A stretch of 64,000 nucleotides of DNA from Eledone cirrhosa (GCA_964016885.1 OZ024751.1:20088001-20152000), one strand, 5' to 3'. Shown: positions 16,030 to 29,378, counted from the stretch's first letter. The notes: generated from the letters alone by a model not told the origin. Program-made: numbers and translations.

Positions 16030-16890
16030 TACAATTGTAAAAGTCATGAGTTCGATACTCAGTAGCACGTTTTGTCCTTCAGCAAGACACTTTACTTCAC
16101 GTTGCTCCAGGCCCCACGGGTGGGAAAAAAAATGAGTTATACCTCTAATTCAAATAGCCAACCTTGTCACAAAATATATCCCACTGAATCTCCCTGAGAA
16201 CCACTTTAAAAGTAGACAGACATGTCTGTGGAATACTCAGCCACTTGCATATTAATTTCACAAGCAGGCTGTTTCGTTGATCAAACACGGACACACACAC
16301 GCACACATACCCCTCAAACGCTGAATCTCCCTGAGAATTGTGTTAAGAGTATATATGTATATGGGATACTCAGCCACTTGCATGTTAATTTCACAAGCAG
16401 GCTGTTTCGTTGATTAAACAGGGACACACAAACCCCTCACACGCTGAATCTCCCTGAGAATTAAGTTCAGAGTAGACATGTCTGTGGAATACTCAGCCAC
16501 TTGCATGTTAATTTCACGAGCAGACTGTTTCGTTGATGGAACACAGACACACGCTGAATCTCCCTGAAAATTATGTTAAGAGTAGACATGTATATGGAAT
16601 ACTCAGCCACTTGCATGTTAATTTCACAAGCAGGCTGTTTCGTTGATCAAACAGGGACACACATACCCATCACACGCTGAATCTCCCTGAAAATTATGTT
16701 AAGAGTAGACATGTATATGGAATACTCAGCCACTTGCATACTAATTGCAAGAGCAGGCTCTTTCGTTGATCGAACGCGGACACACGCTGAATCTCCCTGA
16801 GAATTATGTTAAGAGTAGACATGTCTGTGGAATACTCAGCCACTTGCATACTAATTTCATGAGCAGGCTCTTTCGTTGATCGAACGCGGA
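16030..16890 (+). repeat. CORE-type SINE whose 3' tail is amplified into a 6-copy ~110-137 bp minisatellite
   Basis: CTGAATCTCCCTGA at 16184, 16321, 16444, 16554, 16677 and 16786, downstream of the SINE head TTGTCCTTCAGCAAGACACTT. Confidence 0.85.
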
Positions 16891-17639
16891 CACACACACA
16901 CAAAACACATATACACACATTCTTACCCATCATATACATATACATACACCTTATAGCGATGTAGAATCCTAATTGTTATTCATTTGATTGTAGTATATTT
17001 AATTGTTCGGTTTAGATGTTTGGTGAATGAAGCCTTGTCTATGTAGAGTTATATTGTTGGTGCGGTTAACTATCGTTTCTCCCTTTGTGTTATATACCCA
17101 GACGTGGGAGATTTTAAAGATTAAAGAATGTTAAGTGTTTTCATAGCTTTTGTTAATGTATTCTTCACGAAGAATACACCATCTTGCTTTTGTGCTCAAC
17201 TATGAATCTCATTGTAATATTTAAGAGGAGAATTTGTTGTTTATATCAAGTGTTTCTTTGTATATACACCGTTATATATCCGGTGTGGGAAGTATGAATA
17301 TACTCGTATGTTGGTTCAATTTCAATGATTCGAAGAGGTAAATTATGTTAATTGTTATACCCTAAATCTGAATTGTTATTTAGAAGTCTGGAAGTGGAAC
17401 TTGAGTACCTTATTTAAAGATGATACAGTGGGAGGGAGCATTTACATGGTTGTTTGACCTGTCTAATGTTTGGGGGTTAGATAGGGATAAGGTAGGGGTC
17501 CTAATCTGAGAAGACAATTTTGTCTTCAATGAAAGGTTCTGCCCTAAAAATGTTTAAACCCATTGTTTCGCAAAATGTATCGTGGGACTTCAGAAGGAGA
17601 CATACGATATATTACGCTGTGTACTAACTTTGTATATAT

Positions 17640-18100
17640 GTAATGGCTTATAAGACGCACTTTTTCCCCCAAAAAATGTCGCAGAAAATCCCCCTGCGTC
17701 TTATGTCAAAGGTCAGTTTGTGTTACTGGCTAGTGAAGTTCTAGTGCTGCAGTAGCCCTTAAATTAAACCACAAACATCTCCCCAAATGTAAACAAGGTG
17801 TAAATTGCTTCTACACTAACAATGACAACTCTTTTCTAAAAAAAAAATGATGAATAAAATAAACTTATTTTCACTTTCTTTTGTTTTAAAAATGCACTAA
17901 ATATTTCAACAAAAAGGAATACGACGCAGATAATAAACTAAATTTATTTTCACACTTCCTTCTGTTTTAAAAATGTACTGAAATATTACAACTAGAAAAT
18001 AGGATGAAATAGAATTGTAGAATAATAAAAAATAAGCTGACATTCGTAGGTTAAACCCATTATTTTTCTTTTAATGCCTGCCAAAATTTATGTGCGTCAA
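17640..18100. mobile_element. Possible pogo/Tigger-like DNA transposon remnant
   Basis: TATAAGACGCAC...TGCGTCTTAT subterminal palindromic motifs; flanked by a 27 bp imperfect direct repeat. Confidence 0.35.
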
Positions 18101-18234
18101 ACATATATATTATGCTATATACTAACTTTGTCCGATCGTCGTGGAGCGCGCGTTTTGGGGGGAAGTAGGACTTGGCACTTCATAATTGAGATTATATATT
18201 TTTAACAGTTCGACCAGGTTTGACCCGGTTCAGT

Positions 18235-19156
18235 ATCCCCCCATGATCAAAAGCTTTCTGGCTGTAACCACTCCGTCTTCCTTTTGAGAACAATGTATCT
18301 AGGACTACATTTTTCAATGTGTTCTTCTTACTTTTAAGAAGGTAGGAGATTATTTGAGGGCTATTTGAGTGCTATGTTTAGCATGTCAATTGACCGTACA
18401 GAAATTTCCACAAAATAGTTTTGATGTTTTGCTTTAGCCCTAAGTTAATTCTGATCAAACTGACCTGTGGTTTAAGGCATTCCAACCTTTTTGATAATTT
18501 GAAAATATATTGCCCGAAGTGTTATTCGTGCTTCAAGTCTGGAGAGTATTATTTGAGGGAATTTAACTGAGTTCAAATCCCGCCGAGGTTAACTTTGCCT
18601 TTCATACTTACGGGGTCTATAAAATAAAGTACCAGTAATGTACTGGGTAATTTTCTGGCCTTGTGCCAATAGTAGAAACAATTATTGACAGAAGGGCGAT
18701 GGATTGGCAGTATCGGTAGAGGGTCTGACGCCTTGCTTTCCAGCAAAGTTACGTCCCTTTACGGTCTGAGTTCAAATCCTGTCGAGGTTAACTTTACCTT
18801 TCATCCTTACGGGGTCGATAAAATAAAGTACCAGTAATGCGCTGGGGTAATAGCTGGCCTGTGCCAAAAGTAGAAACAATTATTAACAGATCAAGAGATC
18901 ACATATGGTCTCCTTCAATGTATTTGTCATTGCTGTTGTTGTTAAACCCTAGGCCCTACCTGACTAAGCAGCCTTATGATCAAAAGCATTACATCCCTTT
19001 TGTATAAACCTAAGAAAACATTGTCCGGAGTGTATTAAGCCTGCAGAGCATTATTTGAGAGAATTGGGATATATTTGTCATTGCTGTTGTTGCTATTGTT
19101 GTTTAACCGTATGGTCATACCTAATTAAGCTGCCCTATAATCAAAAGCATTACATC

Positions 19157-19160
<4 letters not shown>
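18235..19160 (+). repeat. Cluster of a dispersed repeat (GATCAAAAGCATT...ATTTGAGGG) with inserted Nin-like SINEs at ~18566-18885
   Basis: Several decayed copies of the same unit, also seen near 2245 and 61345; two SINE bodies are inserted. Confidence 0.65.
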
Positions 19161-19191
<31 letters not shown>

Positions 19192-19195
<4 letters not shown>

Positions 19196-19358
19196 AACGA
19201 GTAGGACCCCGACGGCTGAGCTCAAGCCGTTTCGACGGATTTAGCCGTCGAAACGACTTGAGCTCAGCCGTCGGGGTCCTACTCCCCACTCTACTACCCT
19301 AAGTATTGAATACTTTGGTGCGTTATGGTCCACCTGGTTCCTTACCACATTTCCTTCG

Positions 19359-19360
<2 letters not shown>
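19192..19360 (+). mobile_element. (TA)n-embedded fold-back element, GGC half-hammerhead family
   Basis: Inverted repeat around CGACGGATTTAGCCGTCG plus the conserved tail. Confidence 0.85.
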
Positions 19361-19390
<30 letters not shown>

Positions 19391-19635
19391 CTATACGCAT
19401 CTTATCTGTGCATTATAAACTTACAGAGACATTAACCTTGAAATTTTGTATTTGCATGCATCTTTTTGGCATGCGTATGCATGTCGAGCATACATCTTTG
19501 TATAAATATGTGTACGGGGTAGTTACATGTATATACACACGCCAAACTGCATAAAACCTTTTGTATTTTCATTGGTCAATTTTGTTCCCAAACGGACCTG
19601 AAATTTTGAATTGTTGTTATTATCAATAAAGATAT

Positions 19636-19790
19636 TTCATTATTTCTGAAGACGGCGTATATGTGTGTTTGGTATGTATATTTAATCTTGATAGTTTGTA
19701 TAATTTTGTATAATTTTGTACATAGATCTGTTGAATATGCATGCCAATTCTAACACATATATATCCTAGAAACGATCGTTAAATAATGAA
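19636..19790 (+). ncRNA. Hammerhead ribozyme with a ~116 nt stem II domain
   Basis: TTCATTATTT/AAATAATGAA perfect 10 bp stem I, CTGAAGA, long GU-containing stem II, GAAA-CGATCG-TT. Confidence 0.75.
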
Positions 19791-19844
19791 CTTTTTTTGT
19801 TTAATATAAGGAACTGTTTCATTGTTTTATTCATTATTTGTTTA

Positions 19845-19952
<108 letters not shown>

Positions 19953-19990
19953 GAAGTGGTTACAGCTGTTCCGTATAACCATGCCTATTA

Positions 19991-20028
19991 CGAGCTGAGG
20001 ATCCGTTAAGGTGAAACAATTGTTCTCG
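19991..20028 (+). ncRNA. Minimal hammerhead ribozyme (U.U-closed stem II)
   Basis: CGAG-CTGAGGA-T-CC-GTTAA-GG-T-GAAA-CAATTG-TT-CTCG. Stem I extends via ACCATGC/GTATGGT. Confidence 0.7.
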
Positions 20029-20123
20029 GTATGGTGAACTAACTGTTGTGTAACCACTTCTACCAAACTCGTCCCATGGACTGAGTGCTCTACCACTACG
20101 GATATTACCTTCCAGTGTTCTAC

Positions 20124-20153
<30 letters not shown>

Positions 20154-20154
<1 letters not shown>

Positions 20155-20357
20155 AGAAAAGAGTCAGGACCCCGACGGCTGAGCTCCGGCCGTTTCGACA
20201 GCTAGATGTGAACAGTTCAGATCCAGCTGTCGAAACGGCCGAAGCTCAGCCGTCGGGGTCCTGACTCTTTTCCTATTACCCACTCTACTATTCTAAGTAT
20301 TATTGAGTACTCTGTAGCGTTATGGTCCACTTTGTATCATACCACACCCTCTTTGTT
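20154..20357 (+). mobile_element. (TA)n-embedded fold-back element, GGC half-hammerhead family
   Basis: Inverted repeat GAAAAGAGTCAGGACCCCGACGGC...GCCGTCGGGGTCCTGACTCTTTTC plus tail. Confidence 0.85.
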
Positions 20358-20381
20358 ATATATATATATATATATATATTG

Positions 20382-20421
<40 letters not shown>

Positions 20422-20474
20422 ATTTAAAACTGCACTATTCACAAGTGTGTTTTAACCTTCATATCATGTCTCCC

Positions 20475-20545
20475 TATTTTATCTGACGAAAACGCAAATG
20501 TTATTGCATGATGATATTTGTTTTTGAAATGCGCATAATAAAATA
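20475..20545 (+). ncRNA. Hammerhead ribozyme, family H3
   Basis: TATTTTAT-CTGACGA-AAAC-GCAAATGTT...GATATTTGT-TTTT-GAAA-TGCGCA-TA-ATAAAATA. Confidence 0.8.
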
Positions 20546-20582
20546 CATGGAACTCTTTTAACCATCTTTTGATCTTATATAT

Positions 20583-20654
<72 letters not shown>

Positions 20655-21084
20655 TACTCAACGTGTCCTTGCTGTTTTAAATCAATAAAATATTATTCGA
20701 GGTAAATTAGCTGCTATTTCTAAGCAATTCAAATGTAGGCTATGGATGCTCATTCGGCTACGACTTCGGAAGACTATTCACCTGCCTCAATATATTTTAT
20801 GGTAAGTGAAAGCTATTATTTTCTTCAGTATATAGTACTATGTATCTGGCCCAGCGATTTCCACGTGCTTTATTAGACAGAAGACAATTAGTTGTCTAAT
20901 CTATGGCTTTCAAGCCATGTTCAAAAGTCTGGGTTCTTTCTGCCTGATATATTAACTGCATGACATTTTCTTATTTACCCTTTTTCTTACGTCTAATTTT
21001 TTTCTATTATTAGGGGCTAATACAAAGTGTATTGTATGTCTGTCTGTCTATACATATATATTTATCTATAAGGGTTTAGATCCG

Positions 21085-21169
<85 letters not shown>

Positions 21170-21388
21170 ATGTATATATATATATATATGTGTGTGTATG
21201 TACGATATATTCTACAGTGCAGGTCTTCATTTAGTTATAAACATTAAACATTATGTTGCCATGTTTCCCAGTGTGACGTAATGACCTAGTGTATGCTGTC
21301 TTTATCACCATGTTGAAAAATGGCGCATTTATTCTGATATATTTTTCTATTCTTCTATTCTCTAACTGCCTTCATTTTTGGTTTACTT

Positions 21389-21443
<55 letters not shown>

Positions 21444-21719
21444 TCACTCTGCGTCTCCCCTTGCATCGAGTACTCCCATGATTAAAGGTCACCTCAGTTT
21501 CAGCACCGCAGACAATATATATATATATATATATAGTTCAGCAATAGTTTCTTCTGGGCTATATTGAATGATTTAAATTAATTTTATTTATTTAAAACTA
21601 AATAACAGAAAGCTATATGAGAAAATTCTTTACATATAGCTAGAGCAACAAGATAAATAAAACATTTTATGAATAAAGAAAATAATGTTTTATTCATAAA
21701 ACAAACTTATTAACCCATT

Positions 21720-21940
21720 GCTGGTCGGTAGATTAACGGAATCGTTAGTGTTTAGAGCCAAAGGCTTTGTCGTATTTAGTTACAACTTTTTAGGTTTTGA
21801 TTTCAAATCCCACAGAGGTCAACTTTGCCTTTTATCCTTCAGAAGTCGATTAAATAAAGTACCAACTAACTACTGGGGTCGGTATAATCGACTTTTCCCA
21901 AATCGTTTGATTTGTGCCAATGTTAGAAAGAAAGAATGGT
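21720..21940 (+). mobile_element. Decayed Nin-like SINE
   Basis: TTCAAATCCCACAGAGGTCAACTTTGCCTTTTATCC..TAAAGTACC. Confidence 0.7.
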
Positions 21941-22286
21941 TTTATCTATGATTAGGGGCGGTTCGTTAGAAGATCGGTAGAGCGTCGGACAAAATGTTTT
22001 ACCGTATTCGCTTTACTGGAAAAACAAAAAAACTCAAAACAAAAAAAAAGCAAACAAACGAACTGGCGTTGACATAATCAACTCTCCTTTTGCTTTCGAT
22101 ATTGAATCGATATATGTGTATGTGTGTACATGTATATATGTGTACATGTGTATGTATGTATCTAGGTGTATCTCTATATATGAGTATATGTATGTTTATA
22201 TGTATATATCTAGGTATATGTGTATATGTATGTGTATGTGTATTTAACGACGTTTCTTTGTTGTTTTATGTCAGTCTTTGTGAGTG

Positions 22287-22486
22287 ACATTGTCTTACAA
22301 ATTGTTTGTTGAAGTCTTTAGATAGGTTTTATTTCTGGCGGATTTTATGGCTGCGGTTGTGTATATATATATATACATATATCTATATATATATATATGT
22401 GTATATATATATACAACCACAGCCATAAAATCCGCCAGAAATAAAACATATCTAAAGACTTCAACAAACAATTTGTAAGACAATGT
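22287..22486. repeat. 74 bp inverted repeat around a (TA)n core
   Basis: 22287-22360 mirrors 22413-22486 with 2 mismatches. Confidence 0.9.
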
Positions 22487-22493
22487 ACATACA

Positions 22494-22533
<40 letters not shown>

Positions 22534-22539
22534 TGTATA

Positions 22540-22624
<85 letters not shown>

Positions 22625-22762
22625 CCAAAAGTTTAACAAAGTTCATTGATTAATCAATGAATAAAGTTTTACAATAGATTAGAAGCACTCAACAGAGGTT
22701 TTCTGGACTTATTAATATTACTTCAAAATATTAATAAATATAGACATTCATGTGATCAAATA

Positions 22763-22828
22763 TATTTTATTATACATATTTCAGAGGTACTAGGCTATTT
22801 CATCAGTACGTCCTCATCAGATAAAATA
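22763..22828 (-). ncRNA. Hammerhead ribozyme (C.C class)
   Basis: TATTTTAT-CTGATGA-GGA-C-GTACT...AGTAC-C-TCT-GAAA-TATGTA-TA-ATAAAATA. Confidence 0.8.
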
Positions 22829-22869
22829 AATTGTCTGATATACCTCAACTGTGCTGATTCAATTCCAGT

Positions 22870-22944
<75 letters not shown>

Positions 22945-22994
22945 TATATATATATAATATCTATATATATATATATATATAATATATATATATA

Positions 22995-23455
22995 AATTTC
23001 GTTTCATTCTTTTCCATTTATGGTTTTCGGTGCGCCCGGCCGACTAACTCCCTCGATATGCAAATTAGGCTGCTCAGCCGTTAATATGCATAAGGAAAGT
23101 ATATACTTTCAGACGTTCGACCATCTGACAGAAAGGTATACGATGCTGACGATAGCTAATAAGCTTGAAACTAGTACATCGTTCCTGTATCAGTGTTGAA
23201 CAAAAAGGTGACGATGGTTGCCTGAACACTGTACGGCTTAATTCGGGATGTTTGTTTACAAACAAACCAAACATGATAATAAATGTTCGGTAAACCCATA
23301 CGTACATATACATATGTGTGCATGTATGTATATATATACATACTACTGTACGTCTGTATACATATATGTATGTACGTATACATACATACTTACATTTAAG
23401 TACCAGCCGTACTAAGAGTGAGAAATAGAATTTGGTTTCATTATTTTCCATTTAT
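22995..23455 (+). mobile_element. Retrozyme-like monomer (434 nt unit plus 27 nt terminal redundancy) in (TA)n
   Basis: AATTTCGTTTCATTCTTTTCCATTTAT at 22995 recurs with 2 mismatches at 23429; one internal HHR. Confidence 0.75.
23140..23182 (+). ncRNA. Minimal hammerhead ribozyme, family H4
   Basis: ACGATG-CTGACGA-T-AGCT-AATA-AGCT-T-GAAA-CTA-GTA-CATCGT, with palindromic ACTAGT stem III. Confidence 0.85.
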
Positions 23456-23480
23456 ATATATATATGTATATATATATATG

Positions 23481-23583
<103 letters not shown>

Positions 23584-23593
23584 GTATATATAC

Positions 23594-23800
<207 letters not shown>

Positions 23801-23864
23801 TATATATATACATATATATATATGTATATATACATATATATATATGTATATATACATATATATA

Positions 23865-23896
<32 letters not shown>

Positions 23897-23931
23897 CATA
23901 TATATATACATATATATATATGTATATATAC

Positions 23932-24819
23932 ATAAAAACAAATAACGAAACGAAATTAAATTTCGTTTCGTTTGTAACTCACTTTTGTATGACTGACGCT
24001 TAAACAATTAAGTTAAAAATGTACATCCACATATGTATACTGAAATACTAGTATGCATATGAATACACACACGTGTACATATGTAGATGTACCGAGTTTT
24101 TCACTGGACAGTTTACTGTGAGTGTCCAGCTATTCTGTCTGGCTTTCTGGAGAATAGAGGAAAGGTGTTTCCTCGAAAACCAGTATGACTCTAAAAACCG
24201 GTTTGTCTGTGTGTTTACATACAGAATAGCTGGACACTCACAGTAAACTGTCCAGTGAAAAACTCGGTACATCTACATATGTACACGTGTGTGTATTCAT
24301 ATGCATACTAGTATTTCAGTATACATATGTGGATGTACATTTTTAACTTAATTGTTTAAGCGTCAGTCATACAAAAGTGAGTTACAAACGAAACGAAATT
24401 TAATTTCGTTTCGTTATTTGTTTTTATCGTCTCCGCTGAACCGGTATGTACTCACGCTCTATGCAAATTAGTCTGCCCACTACTAATTTTCATAGAAAAA
24501 GCATATAACGATATGTGCTTTTACGATTCTCTAGAAAGGCCGGAAGATAGGTAAATATTGCTGATGAGATGTAACAACATCGAAACTAGTCCAATATTCC
24601 TTGTCTGGCTTTCTGGAGAATAGAGGAAAGGTGTTTCCTCGAAAACCAGTATGACTCTAAAAACCGGTTTGTCTGTGTGTTTACATACAGAATAGCTGGA
24701 CACTCACAGTAAACTGTCCAGTGAAAAACTCGGTACATCTACATATGTACACGTGTGTGTATTCATATGCATACTAGTATTTCAGTATACATATGTGGAT
24801 GTACATTTTTAACTTAATT
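23932..24819 (+). mobile_element. Retrozyme-like element: 1.47 tandem copies of a 466 nt unit plus a 207 bp inverted arm, in (TA)n
   Basis: 24136-24353 is repeated at 24602-24819; 23932-24138 is the reverse complement of 24221-24427. Confidence 0.9.
24554..24598 (+). ncRNA. Canonical-core minimal hammerhead ribozyme, family H4
   Basis: AATATTG-CTGATGA-GATGT-AACA-ACATC-GAAA-CTA-GTC-CAATATT. Perfect stems I (7 bp) and II (5 bp); GUC site at 24591. Confidence 0.92.
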
Positions 24820-24830
24820 ATATATACATA

Positions 24831-24862
<32 letters not shown>

Positions 24863-24921
24863 CATATATATATATGTATATATACATATATATATATACA
24901 TATATATATATGTATATATAC

Positions 24922-25002
<81 letters not shown>

Positions 25003-25059
25003 CATACATATATACATATATATACATACATATATACATATATATATATACATATATAC

Positions 25060-25090
<31 letters not shown>

Positions 25091-25105
25091 CATATATACA
25101 TATAT

Positions 25106-25136
<31 letters not shown>

Positions 25137-25190
25137 TACATACATATATACATAATATACATATATACATATATATATATAAATATATAC

Positions 25191-25277
<87 letters not shown>

Positions 25278-25457
25278 CATATATACATATATATATACAT
25301 ATATACATATATATATATACATATATACATATATACATATATATATATACATATATACATACATATATATATATATATATAGGCGTACGCATCTGTGTGT
25401 GTATGTATGTATGTATCTATAAATATATGTATGTATCTCTGTACATGTGTGTGTGTG

Positions 25458-25536
<79 letters not shown>

Positions 25537-25649
25537 CAGTGTTAGTATTTATTAGTATGTGTGTGACATTTTTTTAACAAAATAATTTTTCAATAAACAT
25601 ATTCATTGATGTATTTAACTTTGTGATGTTGAGATCTGAGGACTGTCTT

Positions 25650-26190
25650 GTTAGTGTTGTTGTTGTTGTTACTGTTGTTGTTGTTGTTGTTACTGTTACT
25701 GCTGTTACTGTTGTTGTTGTTGTTGTTACTGTTACTGCTGTTACTGTTGTTGTTGTTACTGTAATTGTTCTTGTTGTTGTTGTTGTTGTTACTGTTATTG
25801 TTATTGTTGTTGTGGTTGTTACTGTTACTGTTGTTGTTAGTTGTTGTTGTTGTTGTTGTTATTGTTGTTGTTATTGTTGTTGTTGTTAATGTTGTCTTCT
25901 TACTGTTCTTACTGATGTTATTGTTGTTACAGTTGTCTTCTTACTGTTGTTATTGTTGTTGTTGTTACCGTTATTGTTGTTATGGTTATTGTTGTTGTTA
26001 CTGTTGTCTTCTTACTGTTATTGTTGTTACTGTTGTTATTGTTACTGGTATCCTGTTACTATTATTGTTGTTGCTATTGTTGTTGATGTTGTTGGTAGTG
26101 GTAGTGGTGGTGGTAGTGGTCGTGGTGGTAGTGATGGTGGTGGTAGTGGTGGTGGTGGTAGTTATGGTGGTGGTGGTAGTGGTAGTGATG
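25650..26190. repeat. (GTT/ACT/GGT)n degenerate trinucleotide array
   Basis: Visible triplet periodicity. Confidence 0.9.
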
Positions 26191-26293
26191 TATGTGTGGT
26201 GTATGTATGTGTGTATATATATATACTCTCAAGAGCGTGAAACTAATAAACCTTTGTTCGTACTGCCTCTCTGTTTTGTTCCCGTTCCATTTT

Positions 26294-26444
<151 letters not shown>

Positions 26445-26508
26445 GTGAAAAAAAAAAATATATATATATATATAGTGAAAAATGGAACGGGAACAAAACA
26501 GAGAGGCA

Positions 26509-26564
<56 letters not shown>

Positions 26565-26924
26565 GCCAGGCCTATCCATCATCAGTGGTCTACTAACCAT
26601 CATAGGTATTTCTTCGCATTACAGACCATATACCTCAAGCTAGGGCGATATAATAACTAAATTAAGTTATTGGGATAGAAAGAGTTGGGTGGAGAAAGAG
26701 AGACAGGTAAACAAAATACCTGTGATGGCTAGTAGACCACTGAAGATGGATATTCCTGGCTTCTATTTCTAATTCTTCATTTATTATATATATATATCAT
26801 ATTTGCAATAACACAGCTCGCCATTTTTCATTTATATATATATATATATATGAGTATATATCTATTTTTTTTATTTTCCGTGTGTGTGTATTTTCCGTCA
26901 TATATATATAGAGAGAAAAGAGTG

Positions 26925-26995
<71 letters not shown>

Positions 26996-27013
26996 GGGGG
27001 GGAGATGGAGAGC

Positions 27014-27080
<67 letters not shown>

Positions 27081-27100
27081 ACAGACAGAGAGAGAGAGAC

Positions 27101-27139
<39 letters not shown>

Positions 27140-27259
27140 GAGAGAGAGAGAGAGAGAGAGGGACAGAGAGAGAGAGAGAGAGAGATGATGTCTGCTGTGT
27201 TTCATGTGTTGCTAAATTTGATAACAGATAACTGACAATGTCCGTTACTATGTGGATAT

Positions 27260-27960
27260 ATACGGTGTGTATATATGGTGTGTATAATGTATATATGGTG
27301 TGTATAATGTATATATGGTGTGTATAATGTATATATGGTGTGTGTATAATGTATATATGGTGTGTGTATACTGTATATATGATGTATGTATAATGTATAT
27401 ATGGTGTGTGTATAATGTATATATGATGTATGTATAATGTATATATGGTGTGTGTATAATATATATATGGTGTGTGTATAATATATATATGGTGTGTGTA
27501 TAATGTATATATGATGTATGTATAATGTATATATGGTGTGTGTATAATATATATATGGTGTGTGTATAATATATATATGGTGTGTGTATAATGTATATAT
27601 GGTGTGTGTATAATGTATATATGGTGTGTGTATAATGTATATATGGTGTGTATAATGTATATATGGTGAGTGTATGGCGTCTATATAGTGTGTATATGGT
27701 GTGTATATATATAGTGTGTATATGGTGTGTATAGTGTGAGTATATGGTGTATATATAGTGTATATATGTAGTGTGTAGGTGTATATATATATAGTGTATA
27801 TATAGTGTGTAGGTATATATAGTGTGTATATAGTGTGTAGGTGTATATATAGTTTATATATAGTGCGTAGGTGTATATTTAGTGTATATATAGTGTATAT
27901 ATAGTGTATATATAGTGTATATATAGTGTATATATATATATATATAGTGTGTGTAGGTGT
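27260..27960. repeat. 22 bp minisatellite (GGTGTGTGTATAATGTATATAT) grading into related units
   Basis: About 20 tandem units followed by degenerate AGTGTATATAT units. Confidence 0.9.
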
Positions 27961-28434
27961 ATATATAGAAGGATTTATTGGGGTTTTTGAGAGAAAGCTA
28001 TTTCTGTGAAAGTCCACTTGATTAATATTTGTAATGAATATTTACGTCTATGATGACGTCACTGGATAAGTGATCACGTGGCGTGTGTGTGTGTATGTGT
28101 GAGTGCATGTGTGTATGCGTGTGTGTGCGCATGCATATGTGTGTGTGTGAGCGTGTATGTATCTATGAGTGTATGTGAGTGGATATATATAGGTAGGTGC
28201 GAGTGTGTGTGTGTGTGTGTGTATGTGTTTTTGTTGTGTCAACGCGCATGCGTGCATGCGTATGTGCGTGTGTGCGTGTTTCCAGAAATAGCATGGTAGC
28301 CATATTGGTCTTGAATGATCATTGATCTCTTATGTTTGCTTGGTGATAATTGCATTGATTTGTGAAGTCTGCCATAACTTCATTTGATATAGAGTCTTCG
28401 GGGAAGAACGGAAGAATCGTTTTTATGAACAAAT

Positions 28435-29130
28435 TAATTGTTTCTACGTTAGGCACAAGGCCAGAAATTATCCCAGTGTATTACTGGTACTTTATTTTAT
28501 CGACCCCGTAAGGATGAAAGGCAAAGTTAACCTCGGCGGGATTTGAACTCAGAATGGCAAGGGTCGTAACTCTATGCGTCAAAGCATGGCGTCCGACCCT
28601 CTACCGATACTGCCAATCCACCACCCGGGATTTGAACATAATAATATATAGGCACAAGGCCAGCAATTTGGGGGGAGGGGAGAGGAAAGTCAATTAAATC
28701 GACCCAGTGCGTGACTGGTACTTTATTTTATCGACCCCAAATCGACAACAATAATAATTGTTTCTACTTTTGGCACAAGGCCAGCAATTATCTCAGTGTA
28801 TTACTGGTGCTTTATTAGAACTCAGAACGTAAAGTGACACAACTCTATGCCACACACACAGCATGACGTCGGCGATCCGACGTTCTACCGGTACTGCCAC
28901 TCCACCTCCCTAAAAGGATGTAATAATCGTTTCTACTTTAGGCACAAGGTCAGCAATTTGCAGGAGAGGGAAAGTCGATTAAATAGTCCCCAGTGCATTA
29001 CTGGTACTTTATTTTATCGACCCCAGAAGCATGAAAGGCTAAGTTAACCTCGGCGAGATTTGAACTCAGAACGTAACAATATACCGCAAGACATATTGTC
29101 CGTCGGACTCTCTACCAATATTGCCAATCG
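28435..29130 (-). mobile_element. Cluster of ~4 Nin-like SINE copies
   Basis: Repeated GGCACAAGG..ACTGGTACTTTATTTTATCGACCCC..GGATTTGAACTCAG. Confidence 0.85.
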
Positions 29131-29269
29131 TAAAGGGCCGTAACTCTATGCCGTGGAGCAGGATGTCCGATACTCAATCGATTTTGCTAAATAACAATAA
29201 TAATAATGATTTCTGTATTGAGCACAAGGGCCCTTACATACAATACGAAAGACATGGCTAGCACATATA

Positions 29270-29378
<109 letters not shown>

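Noticed and set aside
16184-16890. CRISPR-like or retrozyme-like regular array
   Set aside because: Whole units repeat with no unique spacers and no HHR core; the unit is a SINE tail.
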